A DNA stretch of 64,000 nucleotides, taken from Sphyrna mokarran. Its lineage: Eukaryota. The stretch lies in NCBI GenBank assembly GCA_024679065.1, contig JAGIQG010000009.1, positions 102,238,001 to 102,302,000 on the forward strand, given 5' to 3'. Every line of letters begins with the position of its first letter. Position 1 is the first letter of the stretch. The notes beneath the pieces are model-generated. The model was given only the letters and a program-made list of their open reading frames with translations, had not been told where the DNA came from and searched no databases. Both the position numbers and the translations under genes were made by a program. Below are positions 51,546 through 63,695 of this stretch, piece by piece.

Positions 51546-52654
51546 ATAATAATCAGCAAAAGAAGACTTTAAAACTTGAAGGCTGGCAGAAATTACAGTA
51601 TGAGTAAAAGCTAACTAGAAATATAACAAAAGATACTAAAAGTTTCTAAAAGTATTTAAAAAGGAAAAGGGTAACTAAAGTGAATGCATGTCCTCTAAAG
51701 ACTGTGTGAAGAATTAAAATGTGAAATAAGGAAATATGAGAAACATTGAACAGGTATTTAATATTGAACTTTATTGTAGAATACAAATAATATTTCACAA
51801 ATACTTGTAAGTCAAATGGTGAAAGCAAGGGAAGAACTTCAAATAATTATGATCAGTAGTGAAAGGATACTGAAAAAAGATTAGAAATAACAGCTGATAA
51901 GTCCTCAGGGCATGATGACCTGCAACCTAGGGTCTTAGAAACAAGAAATTATATAATTTTACAGCACAAAAGGAAGCCATTCAGCTCATCATGTCTACAC
52001 CGGCTCCCAAAAGAACAACAGAACTATCCAGCTAATCCTATTCTGTGGTTCTATCTCTATAGTCCTCTGAATTCATTACCTTCAAATATATATCCAGCTA
52101 TTTGTTAAAACCTTCTGTGGAATTTACTTGTACCACTTCCCCAGGCAATGCATTCCAAATCTCAACAACTCTGAGTAAAGACGTTTCTCCTCATCTCAAT
52201 CCTTGCTCTCTTGCTGACCATGTTGAAATTGTGACCCATTAGTCACTAACATACCAAATAGTGGAAACAGAAGATCCTTCTTTACCCTGTCAAAATCGTT
52301 CATAATTTTGAACAACTTAAGCGCTTTAACATCTGGCCTTAAATAAGGTGCCCGGAACTGAACACAATATTCCACATGTGGACGGACCAAAGATTTGTAG
52401 AGGTGTAGCATCGCTTCCGTGCTTTTACACTGTTTGCCTCCATTTATAGAACCAAGGATCCTATCAGCCTTCTTAACAATTGTTTCAACTTGCTTGGCCA
52501 CCTTCAGAGTATGATGCGCTTGAACCCTATGGTGCCTCTGCTCCTGTACTATCCTCAAAGTTATACCATTGAGCCTGGATTGTCTCCCCACATTTCTTCT
52601 AGCAAAATGCATTACCTCGCATTTTGAAATTCATCTGCATTGACCAAGTTGGCT

Positions 52655-55600
52655 CTGAAGTAGGGAAATAATTAATGCATTTTGTAAGTAGAATATGTCA
52701 CAAACATAACCCTTATCAGAGTCCGGTAATACCTGTCAGGGGTGATCAGTACCCTCCATATCACTAAAACTTACACTATTAAGCTTAAGTTTAAGCCAGC
52801 TTTTCCTTCATCTCTGGTGATCACTGACAGTCTCTCTCCCACTCATATCTGAACACCACAGTCCAGGCATTTTTCTCCAGTCTTTTACAACCAATTTGAA
52901 ATCACAACAGTTCAGACCTCTGTCACCCTCTCACAGTCTCTCAGCTCAGATTCTCATCACAGATGATTCCCCACTATAGTTTGACTTATCCTATTAAGTT
53001 TGTTGATCTATTCCAGTACCTAGATTATGGCCATTCAACGTGAGCCCACAAACAGATCCCAGCTTTCAGCACCAAATGTTATAGGTAAAGTAATACCTCA
53101 GATTGTTAGTGAGTCAAAATACAGTGGTTTTTATTTCAAAACTCTGGTGTTCATTCAGGAGCTTTGGGAGAAGTAGGGCTATAGACTTCTTACAGAACAC
53201 AAACACAAGTGGGCATTTATGCATCATGAGTTTTAGTGTCAATCACGATTCCAAGTTTCCCATTCCAGCAAGAACTCCAGGTCTTCCTTCCTTGGTCGTG
53301 ATGCAGCCCCAGATTTAATCAAAATTCACAGTCCAGCTGGTAGCTGCAATTGTGACACATCATCATGATTCAAAACCTTTCTGCTGCAGAAAGATGCCGG
53401 CATCTCTGTCTTTGAAATTACTTGTGCGATTGCGGCTCTTCCTGTCAAAAGCCGTTATCATAAACTTCCATCTGTGTAATCATGTCCAACTAAGACAAAT
53501 AGGTAAGATTTACAAAGTCTACAAAGTAACGGCCACATTAAACTAACTGTCTTTATAAAAATGAGAGTTAAAACATGTAATATATGAACAAATAACTTAT
53601 ATTACTGCCAGGATCAATATAAGCCTGGGAAGATCACCACGATGGAGGATACTGACAGGTATTACTGGACTCTGATAAAAGCAGCCTAGGGGTGAGAGAG
53701 CAAGAAGGTAGATTAGAAGACTCCAGGTGGTGAGCATAAACTTATCTGTATTATAGTGGGATTCCTGATGAATTAATGCATCACTGAGAGAGACAGATTC
53801 ACTAAACAGATGAGAAAAGAGACGTGGAACTCATCTCATCCATTAGACCAACAACAAAAATGGTTGGGAAAGGAAAAGAAAGATAGAATTAAGAAAACTG
53901 GAGTTCTCTTAGTTCACCAATTGGCAGGATGAATTGAACAAGTCTCAGTGTTGGGTAAGAAATGGGCTGGTGATAAAGCAAACATCAAAATGTTGGAATC
54001 ATGCATGAGAGAACTAGAAAAGAGAAACCAAATTTTTGAAAAGCATCAGAATTTGGGGAGCAACTTTGTAAGTATGCCAAAAATGTTTGGGAGTGCCCAA
54101 ACCTGCCTGAACAGATAGAGCCTTTTTACAAGCATTTAAAGATGGGCTGTCATCAGTTCACCAAAAAATCCTTAAAATGGGAATTCTTAGTACACAGAAC
54201 TATGATGAATTCGTAGAATGGGCATCTGGAGTTAAAGATGGACCAGATGAGAGACCCTAAGGAAAATTCTCAGGTTTTGTATTTTAGTGTGTTTGTGGGA
54301 TTTGGTTGCTGGTTGAATGCAGGTGGTTGTTGTTGTATTAGATTGAGAGCAGGAATTGTTTGTTTTGTGGAGTATTTATTGCAGATAATAAATGCAATGC
54401 TTTATACTTTGTTTTGACTTCAAAGGGGCTGACAAAGTGTTAGAACTGTTGAAATTTTAAATATAAGATTTCTTGAATTTACTTCTGTTTTTGAGTTTAA
54501 TTACAGTTTGGAAGAAAGAAGAATGAAGGCAACTGTCTTAATCTGTTTTCTCTGTTCTTTTCAATGTTTTATTTTCATCCCAGTGTAGAATGTTGGATTT
54601 AAATAAAGGATAATGTGGGATAAATGTTGGAAGTTTCCACATATGTCTGCGTATGTTTAATAAAGTCGTCGGGATGTTTATGTTTATGTTTTTGTTTTTG
54701 GTGTTTTTAATGTTTTAATGTTCTTTCCTTAATTGTGATTTACAACAATGGGTTTGATACAGAGTTTAAATAAAATGGGAAAGTAAACTGAAATTTCAAA
54801 GTCAAAGTACATAAATTGAAGTTTGGAATAATCAGTTTGAATTTTGGATTTAAACCTTGGAAGGAACCATGTGCTTTTCCTTTGTCTTGAAGAAGTTGTT
54901 TAAGACTGAGTTAATTCATTTGGCTCCTAGCCAAAAGTACTTCTTATATTTTAAGTAAATGGTTCATGAATGACAAGCAAGATTATTTCTCACAACTTAG
55001 TGATAATTGAAACTTGAAGAGTTTGGTTCATTCAGATTTTCTCATTGTTAACTTTCAAATTAAAATGATTGGTTACACTTAAGTGTTACAGTTTCTGACA
55101 TTTAATTGATAGAATAAATTGTGTGCACAAAATAACCAATTTATAAATGGGAAATTGCCTGAACTTGTAAGAGGTAAACAAGTTTAATTTTGACAAAGAA
55201 AAGGTAATGGAAATAAAGTCTGTATGAGTTTTATATTTCGAAGAGGGATATGTTGAAACATATTCTCAGTTTATGCTGTAACTATTTGAATGTGAGACAA
55301 TGTTACAAAATAATATCAGTTTGTTTTGTGACTTTCCTGTACTGAGTAAATGTTATCTGTGGTAATTCTCATGTTCAAATGTAAAGTTTGTTGAATTGAT
55401 GTATGTAAATGCTAAAATGTTGGGAGTTAATTTATCTGAAAAGCGAAGGGCTCAAGAGAGTATCAATAACTTTACAACAGATGATGGGATTTTTCTTTGT
55501 ATTTAGTTATTTGGGGTTATAAGAGTTAAAATGCTTCAAGGGGAACAAATAAACCATTTGTCCAAATTATGTTATTCATAAATAAATTGATAAAGTGGAC

Positions 55601-56842
55601 ATAATCTATAATTTATTAAATTGATGGAAAACATTTGAATTACTTTTAACTTGTACTTTAGTTACATTGTGTTAATTGGGTCATGGAAGAACCTAGTATG
55701 TGTACGCTAGAAGGTGATAGCTTTTGAGCTGTGACTGTGGAAGTTTAAATCTGAAATGGTAACTGTGACAAAAGGTGTTTATTATGCAAATCTGGATCAT
55801 TTTTAAATCTTGGATACTTTGGAGAGTTAAACCTACCTCTTCAGCACCTTTTTGGATGTATAACTCTCCAAATTTGAATGTTATTTCCTTTTCATTTGAA
55901 TCAATGATTTATTATTGGCCTGTGCATAATTCTGAACCTAAAATGGAGTTTAGACTATGTGATTGTTTGTATTTGTAGCGTATTGTTGTCTATAACTTCT
56001 GGAATATCAATATGTTGTGGGAATGTATTGTTACCGTGCATGCCAATGTCTAGGCCTTGCTTGACTTTTGAGTACTGGAGAATTCTTGACAGACGCTGAT
56101 CCTGAGTTTGTGATCCATCATGCTTCGTGTTCAGGATGGAAGGGAAATATGTGAACTGTGCCTCCAATGTCTACAGACATGGTCAATACTCAGAGATCGG
56201 TGTGGCAGCACCTGACTGGACTCTTATCGACAAGAGGGAATCAAGTCCTGATTGATTGGCAATGATCAAAAGGGGTATGAAACCGAACCAAGAACGAGTC
56301 ACAACAATGGTAACCATTGCCAGCGACGACCAGCATTTGGACAGCCACCATACCCAAGAAGGAAGGAAGAAAACCAAAGCCAGAGCGCCAAGCCAGACCA
56401 AAGAACTAGACTACACAGAGGACAACCAAGACCGATGCACAAATAAAGGCCAGTGTTTGCTTGGGACTTGCCATTCAGTCAAGTTTAAGTCAAGGTCTTG
56501 TACTGGACTTGAACTTTGGTATTTTCCTGTAAGATAACTTATTGTTGATTGTGTGGGCACAAAGAACCCCAAGTTACCTTTTGTTTTTTAACTGGGAGTG
56601 GGTCCATATGCTGGTAACATTTGGCTTTGGTTTGGTCATGGGGCCATACTTGGGCCTGGCCTTGACCAAAAGGGGGAGAGAAAGAGTTAATGCATTTTGT
56701 ACCTAGACTATGGCACAAACATAACCCTTCATCATGGCTGATCTTCCCAGGCTTATATTGATTCTGGCAATAATATACTTTAATTCTCATTTTTATAAAG
56801 ACAGTTAGTTTAATGTGACTGTTATTTGGTAGACTTTGTAAC
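52655..56842 (+). mobile_element. Degenerate endogenous retrovirus/LTR element with an internal inversion (~52714-53650)
   Basis: LTR start at ~52670-52713 repeated at ~56686-56730; remainder of the 5' LTR inverted at 53077-53648 (matches 56726-56842); PPT aaaagggggagagaaagag at 56668-56686; gag-like DRAFLQAFKDGL at ~54113. Confidence 0.8.
53057..53074 (-). promoter_or_regulatory. Primer-binding site, tRNA-Phe type
   Basis: TGGTGCTGAAAGCTGGGA (15/18 match to TGGTGCCGAAACCCGGGA), 2 nt after the LTR-terminal CA; AATAAA at 53130-53135 (-) inside the LTR. Confidence 0.8.
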
Positions 56843-57467
56843 TTTCTGAATGTTTAGTTATCTTCTAATCCATGCTGCCAAGGACCCTTCAAACCCAAAC
56901 ATTTATAATTTGCTAACATATCTGCCATTTACCATAGTATCAAAAGTCCAAATATAAAACATCCACAGCCATATCCTTATCCAATGCCTGTGTCAGCTCA
57001 TCAAAGAACTAATTAAATCTGTCAGTCATGACCTATCCTTGACAAAGCCATATTGACTGCCTAGTATAAATTTACTTTTCTCTAAATGTACATTTATCTT
57101 ATCCTGTATTACAGTCTCTATTAGCTTTTCCACTATTGATGTCAAACTGATGGATCTGTTGTTTCCTGGATTATTCATTGCCCCATTCTTAGACAACAGC
57201 ATCACTTTTGCAATCCTCCAGTCCCCCCGGGACTAACTCAGTTTTCAGAAGGGCCTGGATAATTTCTGCAGTTTGCTCCCTATCGCTCTCAGCAATCTAG
57301 GATGCATCCCATCTGGACCTGGTGACTTCTCTTAAATAAAATATTTGTGGAGATAGGGTATGCATTAGTTGTAATTTTCCAAAATTCTCTTGATTCAGGA
57401 AAGGTCCCATTATTTTGGAAAATAGCAAATATCACTTCTCTATGCAAGAAGGGGGGCAAGAAAGTAT

Positions 57468-58270
57468 TGTGATATTAGTGTCCCTTAAGAGATTTTTTTT
57501 AAAAAAGTCATGCTCTCTGTAGCTCACAGACTTAACAGATCTCATTATTGCCAGCTTGACTGGAGCTGTGCTTTTATTGTTACTTCAATAGCTTAAATGA
57601 GGGCTGTTTATTTTAACTCTGGGTTATTTTATGATCCTGCATTGTTAGGAGGATGATTATATGTATTTGAATGGATTTTTTGCTTTCCAGTGAGTTTAAG
57701 GTTTTCTGCTTGGTTACAGTTAGTGTTGAGTTTTAGTAAGCTGAAAAGTAGTCTTTCTCTCTGCCTGGTTTTGGAAATTCTGATAATTAGCTAAAAGCCT
57801 TTCTGAAGTGGGAATCCACTGTTGGTGGCTTGCCTAGAGTCACTGGTGTTTTAGGAAGCTGTTCTGACTTTAAACTATTCTGAGTCTATCCAGAGAACTT
57901 CAGACTTCATCCAAATGAATCAATTCCAGTGTCACATGAGCATTAGTCTATGCCATATTAAATCTGTCTGAAGGGTCTTGTTTATAGGATTGGTTTGATT
58001 GGGATAGTACCTATATTTGTTAAGGGTTATACAATGTAGTGGTTATTTTGTTTCTTGCTTGTAATTGCTAAAATTTCTCACTAATTTTCTTACTATGCAT
58101 GTTAACTGTATTCTTAAATAAACTTTGTTTGATAGAAGTTCCCTAATGAATATTTCAATCATAGCTGATGTCAAACATATCATGCGTATCCTAGCCAATT
58201 TCAAGATGCAAAATTTATGATCCAGGGGACTCCATAGAACACTTCGGAATTTCTGACCTAAGCCATTACA
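57468..58270 (+). mobile_element. Probable solo LTR inserted in a CR1 fragment (~57340-57467 / ~58271-58440)
   Basis: TGT...ACA termini, AATAAA near 58117, CR1 continuity across the insert; no clear TSD. Confidence 0.5.
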
Positions 58271-58958
58271 GACAGACCATTTAACCTCACATCTGTCATA
58301 GGAAAATGCTGCAATCTATTATTAAGGCAGTAGGGCACTTAGAAACTTTTAATCTAATCAGACAGCGTCAACAGTCACGTTTAAATGATTTATTTCAGAT
58401 CTCCGAAGGAGTAACAGATAAAGGGGAACTTGTGCATTTATTAAACTTGAGTGACCCCTTCATACATGTTGTCTATATGATTGTATGTACTGTCTTATCA
58501 AACAGCTTTGGGAATGGAAGGAGGGAGTGATGCTAGTACGTACACGAGGGTGGGCACTTCTCATTTATTCAGTACTTAACTGAGGCACTTTTTTATTGTG
58601 TGTGAATACAAAAGTAAATTATGAAATTTAAGTGAATTATGAATGAAGGCATTTTCAGTAATATTTTTTCATCTAACGGGAGTTAACCTTCCCTAATCTC
58701 ACTCCCATCATTAAATGGGGAGATATCTCATTAGAAGCTCTCTCATTACAAGCTTCTTACGAATTGATTGCTGAGTTCAGGGAAGCATTTTCGGTACGTT
58801 TTTGTTCCTCCTAGCCTTGAGCGCCAAACCTCAGAATTTCAGATCTATATTCACTGGAGGGAACGCCAGGTGGCGTGACCGTCGTGCCTTTATATATCAA
58901 AAAACGATTCCTGATCTATCTAACCCTTTAGTTGAGGCAAAGTCTGGAGAAGAGTGCA

Positions 58959-59418
58959 ATGCAAAGGGGCGCTGCCAACGAAATTATGCCGCTGCTTCCG
59001 TGTGAGTATCGTTTAGTTGTCCAGTCACTGTGTCCTGATGATAAACCTAGAAGGATCATCGATCAGCTGAATCTGAGCAATGTGGAGGTCCAGTACTTAC
59101 GATTCAGTCCGGCAGACTTGCAGCAATCCTATCTGCTCTGGCGTTTCTTGTGGGCCACTTGGAGAGGGATTCAAGCTCTATTCTGCAGCCTGTGCAGCTG
59201 CTGTCTTCCTCTCTGGCGCACTCTGGCCAGATGTTGCCCCTTGTCCTGCAGATACCATGTATTCCAAAGTGTCCGAGGTGTACTGAAATATTGCCCATGG
59301 CGGGGGTACCAGGATCTGCGTGTTGTCTACCACTCAGTTCTGGCCGGAAGACGGAACCTTACAGACGTGAACGATTCTTTATACGGCAGCATTTTAAAAT
59401 ATCTACTGCGGAAATATG
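58959..59418 (+). CDS. Uncharacterised protein with TIR-like alpha/beta topology, coding exon 1 (153 aa)
   Basis: Open non-repeat frame MQRGAANE...YHSVLAGRRNLTDVNDSLYGSILKYLLRKY; donor G|gtaagt at 59418/59419; possible upstream acceptor ccctttag| at 58931. Confidence 0.8.
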
Positions 59419-59822
59419 GTAAGTGCGAGATTGTGTCCTACTAATAGACGGAGAACTTTATTCTGACACTGTAATAATGTAATTATTAATCTGTTCTCCA
59501 TGTAATCCTTATTGAGAACTCTGTAACCCTCCCCCTCTCTGGTCTGTACTCTCTTTATAAAACTCTCCACTCCCTCGCTCAGTGAGGGTCAGAAAGTCAC
59601 TTGGTCGACCTCTTTTTAGTCAACTGTCCTGATGTCTCCTTCAAGTTGGTGTTTATTGGTCTTCTGCATGGTAGATTGGAGTTCTTCAGCACCACTGGGT
59701 TACTCAAACAGTTGATTGGAAAATCATTATTTATCTCACACGATTGTTCATTCCTTCATTGACCCTGATGGAATTTCAGAAAATTCTGCAACTAATATTT
59801 TTAATGATGGATTTATTCTCAG

Positions 59823-60043
59823 GTCGATCATCCCTGATCTTTATTGTTGATGACGAAAAGAAAGGTGACAAAGTAAAGGAAGAAATTAAAGCTGAACAGC
59901 CAACGGTAATTGAATGCTGCAACAGAATATTTGTTTTTGAGAAAGAAAATCCAAGTGACCCACCGACGGCTTGGAACAGACAGGAAATTCGCAAATTAAC
60001 TGAATATGTGAATCATTTTCTGCATGAAAACAATCAGGTTTAG
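59823..60043 (+). CDS. Same gene, coding exon 2 (GRSSLIFIVDD...HENNQV*)
   Basis: Acceptor tttattctcag| at 59822; phase-1 junction in frame; total CDS 681 nt = 226 aa plus stop. Confidence 0.8.
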
Positions 60044-60317
60044 CCTCCCATCCATTGACTCTGTCTACACTTCTTGCTGTCTCGGAAAAGCAGCCACCAT
60101 AATTAAGGAACCCATGCACCCCCAACATTCTGCCATCCACCTTCTTCCGTCTGGAACAAAATACAAAAGTTTGAGATCAAGTACCAACCAACTCAAGAAC
60201 AGCTCCTTCCCTGCTGCCATCAGACTTCTGAATGGGCCTACCTTGCATTAAGCTGATCTTTCTCTACACCGTAGCTATAACTGTAACACTATATGTTACA
60301 TATATGTTACATATTGC

Positions 60318-61065
60318 AGGAACAATAAATGTGTAGAGTATAGGGCTAATGGTAGGGCTCTTAATAGTGTTGAGGAACAGAAGGATCTTGGTGTATGTGT
60401 CAATAGATCCCTGAAAGTAGGCAGTCAAGTGGATAAAGTTGTTAAGAAGGCATATGGAGTCTTAGCTTTTATTGGTAGGGGGATTGAATTTAGGAGCCGC
60501 AGCATCATGTTGCAACTGTACAAAACTCTAGTGCGGCCGCACTTGGAGTATTGTGTGCAGTTCTGGTCCCCACATTATAAGAAAGATGTGGAGGCATTGG
60601 AGAGGGTACAGAGGAGGTTTACCAGGATGTTGCCTGGTATGGAGGGCAGGTCCTATGAAGAGACGTTGAAGGATTTGAGGTTGTTTTCGTTAGAAAGGAG
60701 GCGGCTAAGAGGGGATCTTATTGAAGCATATAAGATGATTAGAGGTTTAGATAGGGTGGACAGTGATAGCCTTTTTCCTAGGATGGAGAAAGCTAGCACG
60801 AGGGGACACAGCTTTAAATTAAGGGGTATGAGTTATAGGACGGATATCAGAGGTAGGTTCTTTACTCAAAGAGTGATTAGGGAGTGGAATGCCCTGCCTG
60901 CAGCTGTTGTAGATGCGCCAAGTTTGGTGGCGTTTAAGAGGTTAATTGATAAGTATATGGAAGAGAAGGGAATGGTTTAGTTTGGAGGGGCATTGCTTTT
61001 TATTTTGGTCGGCACAACATCGAAGGCCGAAGGGTCTGTTCTGTGCTGTATTGTTCTATGTTCTA
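60318..61065 (+). mobile_element. Young 5'-truncated CR1
   Basis: Uninterrupted ORF2 C-terminus 60429-60980; tail ttgttctatgttcta. Confidence 0.92.
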
Positions 61066-61144
61066 TATTTTGTACTCTCTCCTTTCCTTCTCTATGTACA
61101 GTATGCTTTTTCTACACGGTGCGCAAGAAATAAAACTTTTCAAG

Positions 61145-61383
61145 GAGTGCAATGTGAAGTGACACTCCTGATGAAATTATGCCGTTCTCTCAGTGTGATG
61201 ATTGTTTAATTGTCCAGTCACTATATCCTTGTGAGAAACCTGAAAGGATTATAAATTAGTTGAGTCTGGGCAATATGGAGATCCAGTACTTACAGTTCAG
61301 TCCTGCAGAGTCGCAGCAATCCTACCCACTCTGGAGCTTCTCGTGGGCCACCTAGAGAGGGATTTAGACTCTATTCTGCTGCC
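61145..61383 (+). pseudogene. Pseudogenised fragment paralogous to exon 1 of the TIR-like gene
   Basis: Gap-free alignment to 58952-59190, about 79% identity by hand count (51/239 mismatches); four in-frame stops. Confidence 0.9.
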
Positions 61384-62316
61384 AAATACGTGTACTAATA
61401 CATGTGACAATAATAAATCAAATACAATCAAAGATTTATTCTTTTCGGTTCCTCACTCAGTTTTAACAATTATGTGTCAAAACCTTGTATCACTGAATTT
61501 GAAATAAAATCTTAATTTTGATGGTTCCGATAGCTGTCAATTCTGCATTTCTGTTTTTCCAACTTCTTCCTCTCGTACTTCAGGAAATAACATTGCAGGT
61601 CACTGATCCTTCAGAAAGAAGGATCACATTGTAATATATTTAAGCAAACACAATAAATTAATTGCCACCTAAAGGGTCTCACTTAGTGTTCAGGTTTGAA
61701 GGCTGTCCATGATGCTTCCTGCCTGGATTTGATTAGGTGAGGGGCTGCTGGTAACCTCTGCCTCCCCTGCAGCTCCCTCCCCCTGCCATCCAAACACACA
61801 CACACACACAGCTTACCATCTTATCAAATTTACCACACTCTCCCCCCTCTTCAAAACTTGCTAAATTCCACTAATTGGTCTATGGGGATCCTGACTGTGC
61901 ATTTTGGTAAGTAGATAGATCATATTGGTTGTATCGGTTGGGCTAAGATCTCTGGAGGAGATGAAGTTAATGAAAAACAGGATGTCCCCCACCAGGTGTG
62001 TCAGGAGTGAAGCATCTCCTCACACTTTCTGATCTTATTTTCATAATAGAGAAATTGACAGTCCACCTACCCCTTTCAAACAGATAATAAAGGGACAATT
62101 AAGTTTGTTACCAAGCAACTGGCTATGCACTAAAATATTTTGTGTGGGCAATTGGAGTAAGTGGACAGCCCAATTTAAAGAAAGAAACTCCACAAAGTAC
62201 AAGAATAGGAGTGGCAGGATGGAGAAGATGTTGTTCCACCTTTTGGGGTGTCCTTTGCAGATCTCAGAGCAGCACCTCCTCTAAGACAGAACCCACCCAT
62301 TTCTTTCTTTCTACTG

Positions 62317-63695
62317 TAAAAAGTCTCACAACACCAGGTTAAACTCCAACAGTTTTATTTGGTAGTAGATGCCATTAACTTTCAGAGCGCTGCTCCTTGG
62401 TCAGGTGAGCGGAGTGATCTGATTACAAACAGGACATATAAAGGCACACACAGTTTACAGAATATTGATTAGAATGTGAGTCTTTACACCTAATCAAGTC
62501 TTAAAGATGCAGACAATGTGAGTGGAGGTAGCATTAAGCATAGGATAAAGAGATGTGTATTGTCTCCAGACAGGACAGTAAGTGAGATGTTGCAAGTTCA
62601 GGCAAATCATGGGATTTACAGATAGTGTGACATGAATGCAAGATCCCGGTTGAGGATGTCCTCATGTGTGCGGTACTTGGCTATCACACGACTCTGCGCT
62701 GTCGTGTGTCGTGAAGGTGGCCTTGGAGAACGTTTACCTGAAGATCAGAGGCCGAATGCCATTGACCACTGAAGCATTCGCCAACAGGAAGGGAACAGTC
62801 TTGCCTGGTGATTGTCAAGCGGTGTTCATTCATCCATTGTCATAACGTCTGCATGGTTTCTCCCCAAAATACCAGGCCTCAGAACATCCTTTACCGCAGC
62901 GTATCAAGTAGACAACGTTGGCCAAGTTGCAAGAGTATGTACCGTGTACCTGCTTCCTCTACAAGACATGCTAGATCATTGACACGGATGCCATCATCTC
63001 ACGCGAGAACACATCCACCAGGTACACGGTACATACTCATGCAACCTGGCCAACCTTGTCTATCTGATACAATGCAAGAAAGGATGTCCCAAGGCATGAT
63101 ACACTGGAGAGACCATGCAGATAGATGAATGAACACTGCTCGACAATCACCAGGCAAGACTGTTCCCTTCCTGTTGGCCAACTCTTTAGTGGTCACGCAC
63201 ATTTGGCCTCTGATCTTCGGGTAAATGTTCTCCAAGGTGGCCTTCACGACATACAACAGGGCAGAGTTGCTGAGCAGAAACTTATAGCCAAGTTCTGCAC
63301 ACATGAGGACAGCCTCAACCGGGATCTTGGGTTCATGTAACACTATCTGTAACCTCTGTGACTTGCCTGGGCTTGCAACATCTCACTTGCTATCCTGTCT
63401 GGAGACAATACACATCTCTTTAACCTATGCTTAATGCTATCCCCACTCACATTGTCTGCATCTTTAAGACTTGATTAGCTAATGAGCTGTAAAGACTCTC
63501 ATTCTAATCAGTATTCTGTAAACTGTGTGTGCCTTTATATGCCCTGTTTGCGATCAGAACTCCCCAATCACCTGATAAAGGAACAGTGCTGTGTTGGCTA
63601 GTGACGTTTACTACCAAATAAACCTGTTGGATTTTAACCTGGTGTTGTGAGACTTCTTAATGTGTTTACCCAAGTTCATTGCTGGCATCTCCACA
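62317..63695. mobile_element. Penelope-like element: two inverted 3' halves (GIY-YIG endonuclease plus pLTR)
   Basis: Right arm HQVHGTYSC..ANLVYLIQC...YTGET...MNEH...AEQKLIAKF.THEDSLNRDLGFM; left arm is the reverse complement; tttctttct on both flanks. Confidence 0.88.

Larger units (their letters stand above)
51945..57330 (-). mobile_element. Old CR1 (~51945-52640 and ~56850-57330) hosting the ERV
   Basis: HLYKSLVRPHVEYCVQF ORF 52196-52612; RT-region sequence resumes after 56850. Confidence 0.6.
60042..61432 (+). mobile_element. Rex1/Babar-like LINE 3' end, split by a CR1 and a gene-fragment insertion
   Basis: LPSIDSVYTSCCLGKAATIIKEPMHPQHS..LLPSG..YKSL...NQLKNSSFPAAIRLLN*; tail aatacatgtgacaataataaatcaaat. 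Confidence 0.8.

Noticed and set aside
53510-56842. Terminal inverted repeats of a DNA transposon (53510-53648 vs 56726-56842)
   Set aside because: Better explained as LTR copies with one inverted: the PBS, PPT, poly(A) signal and breakpoint duplication all fit.
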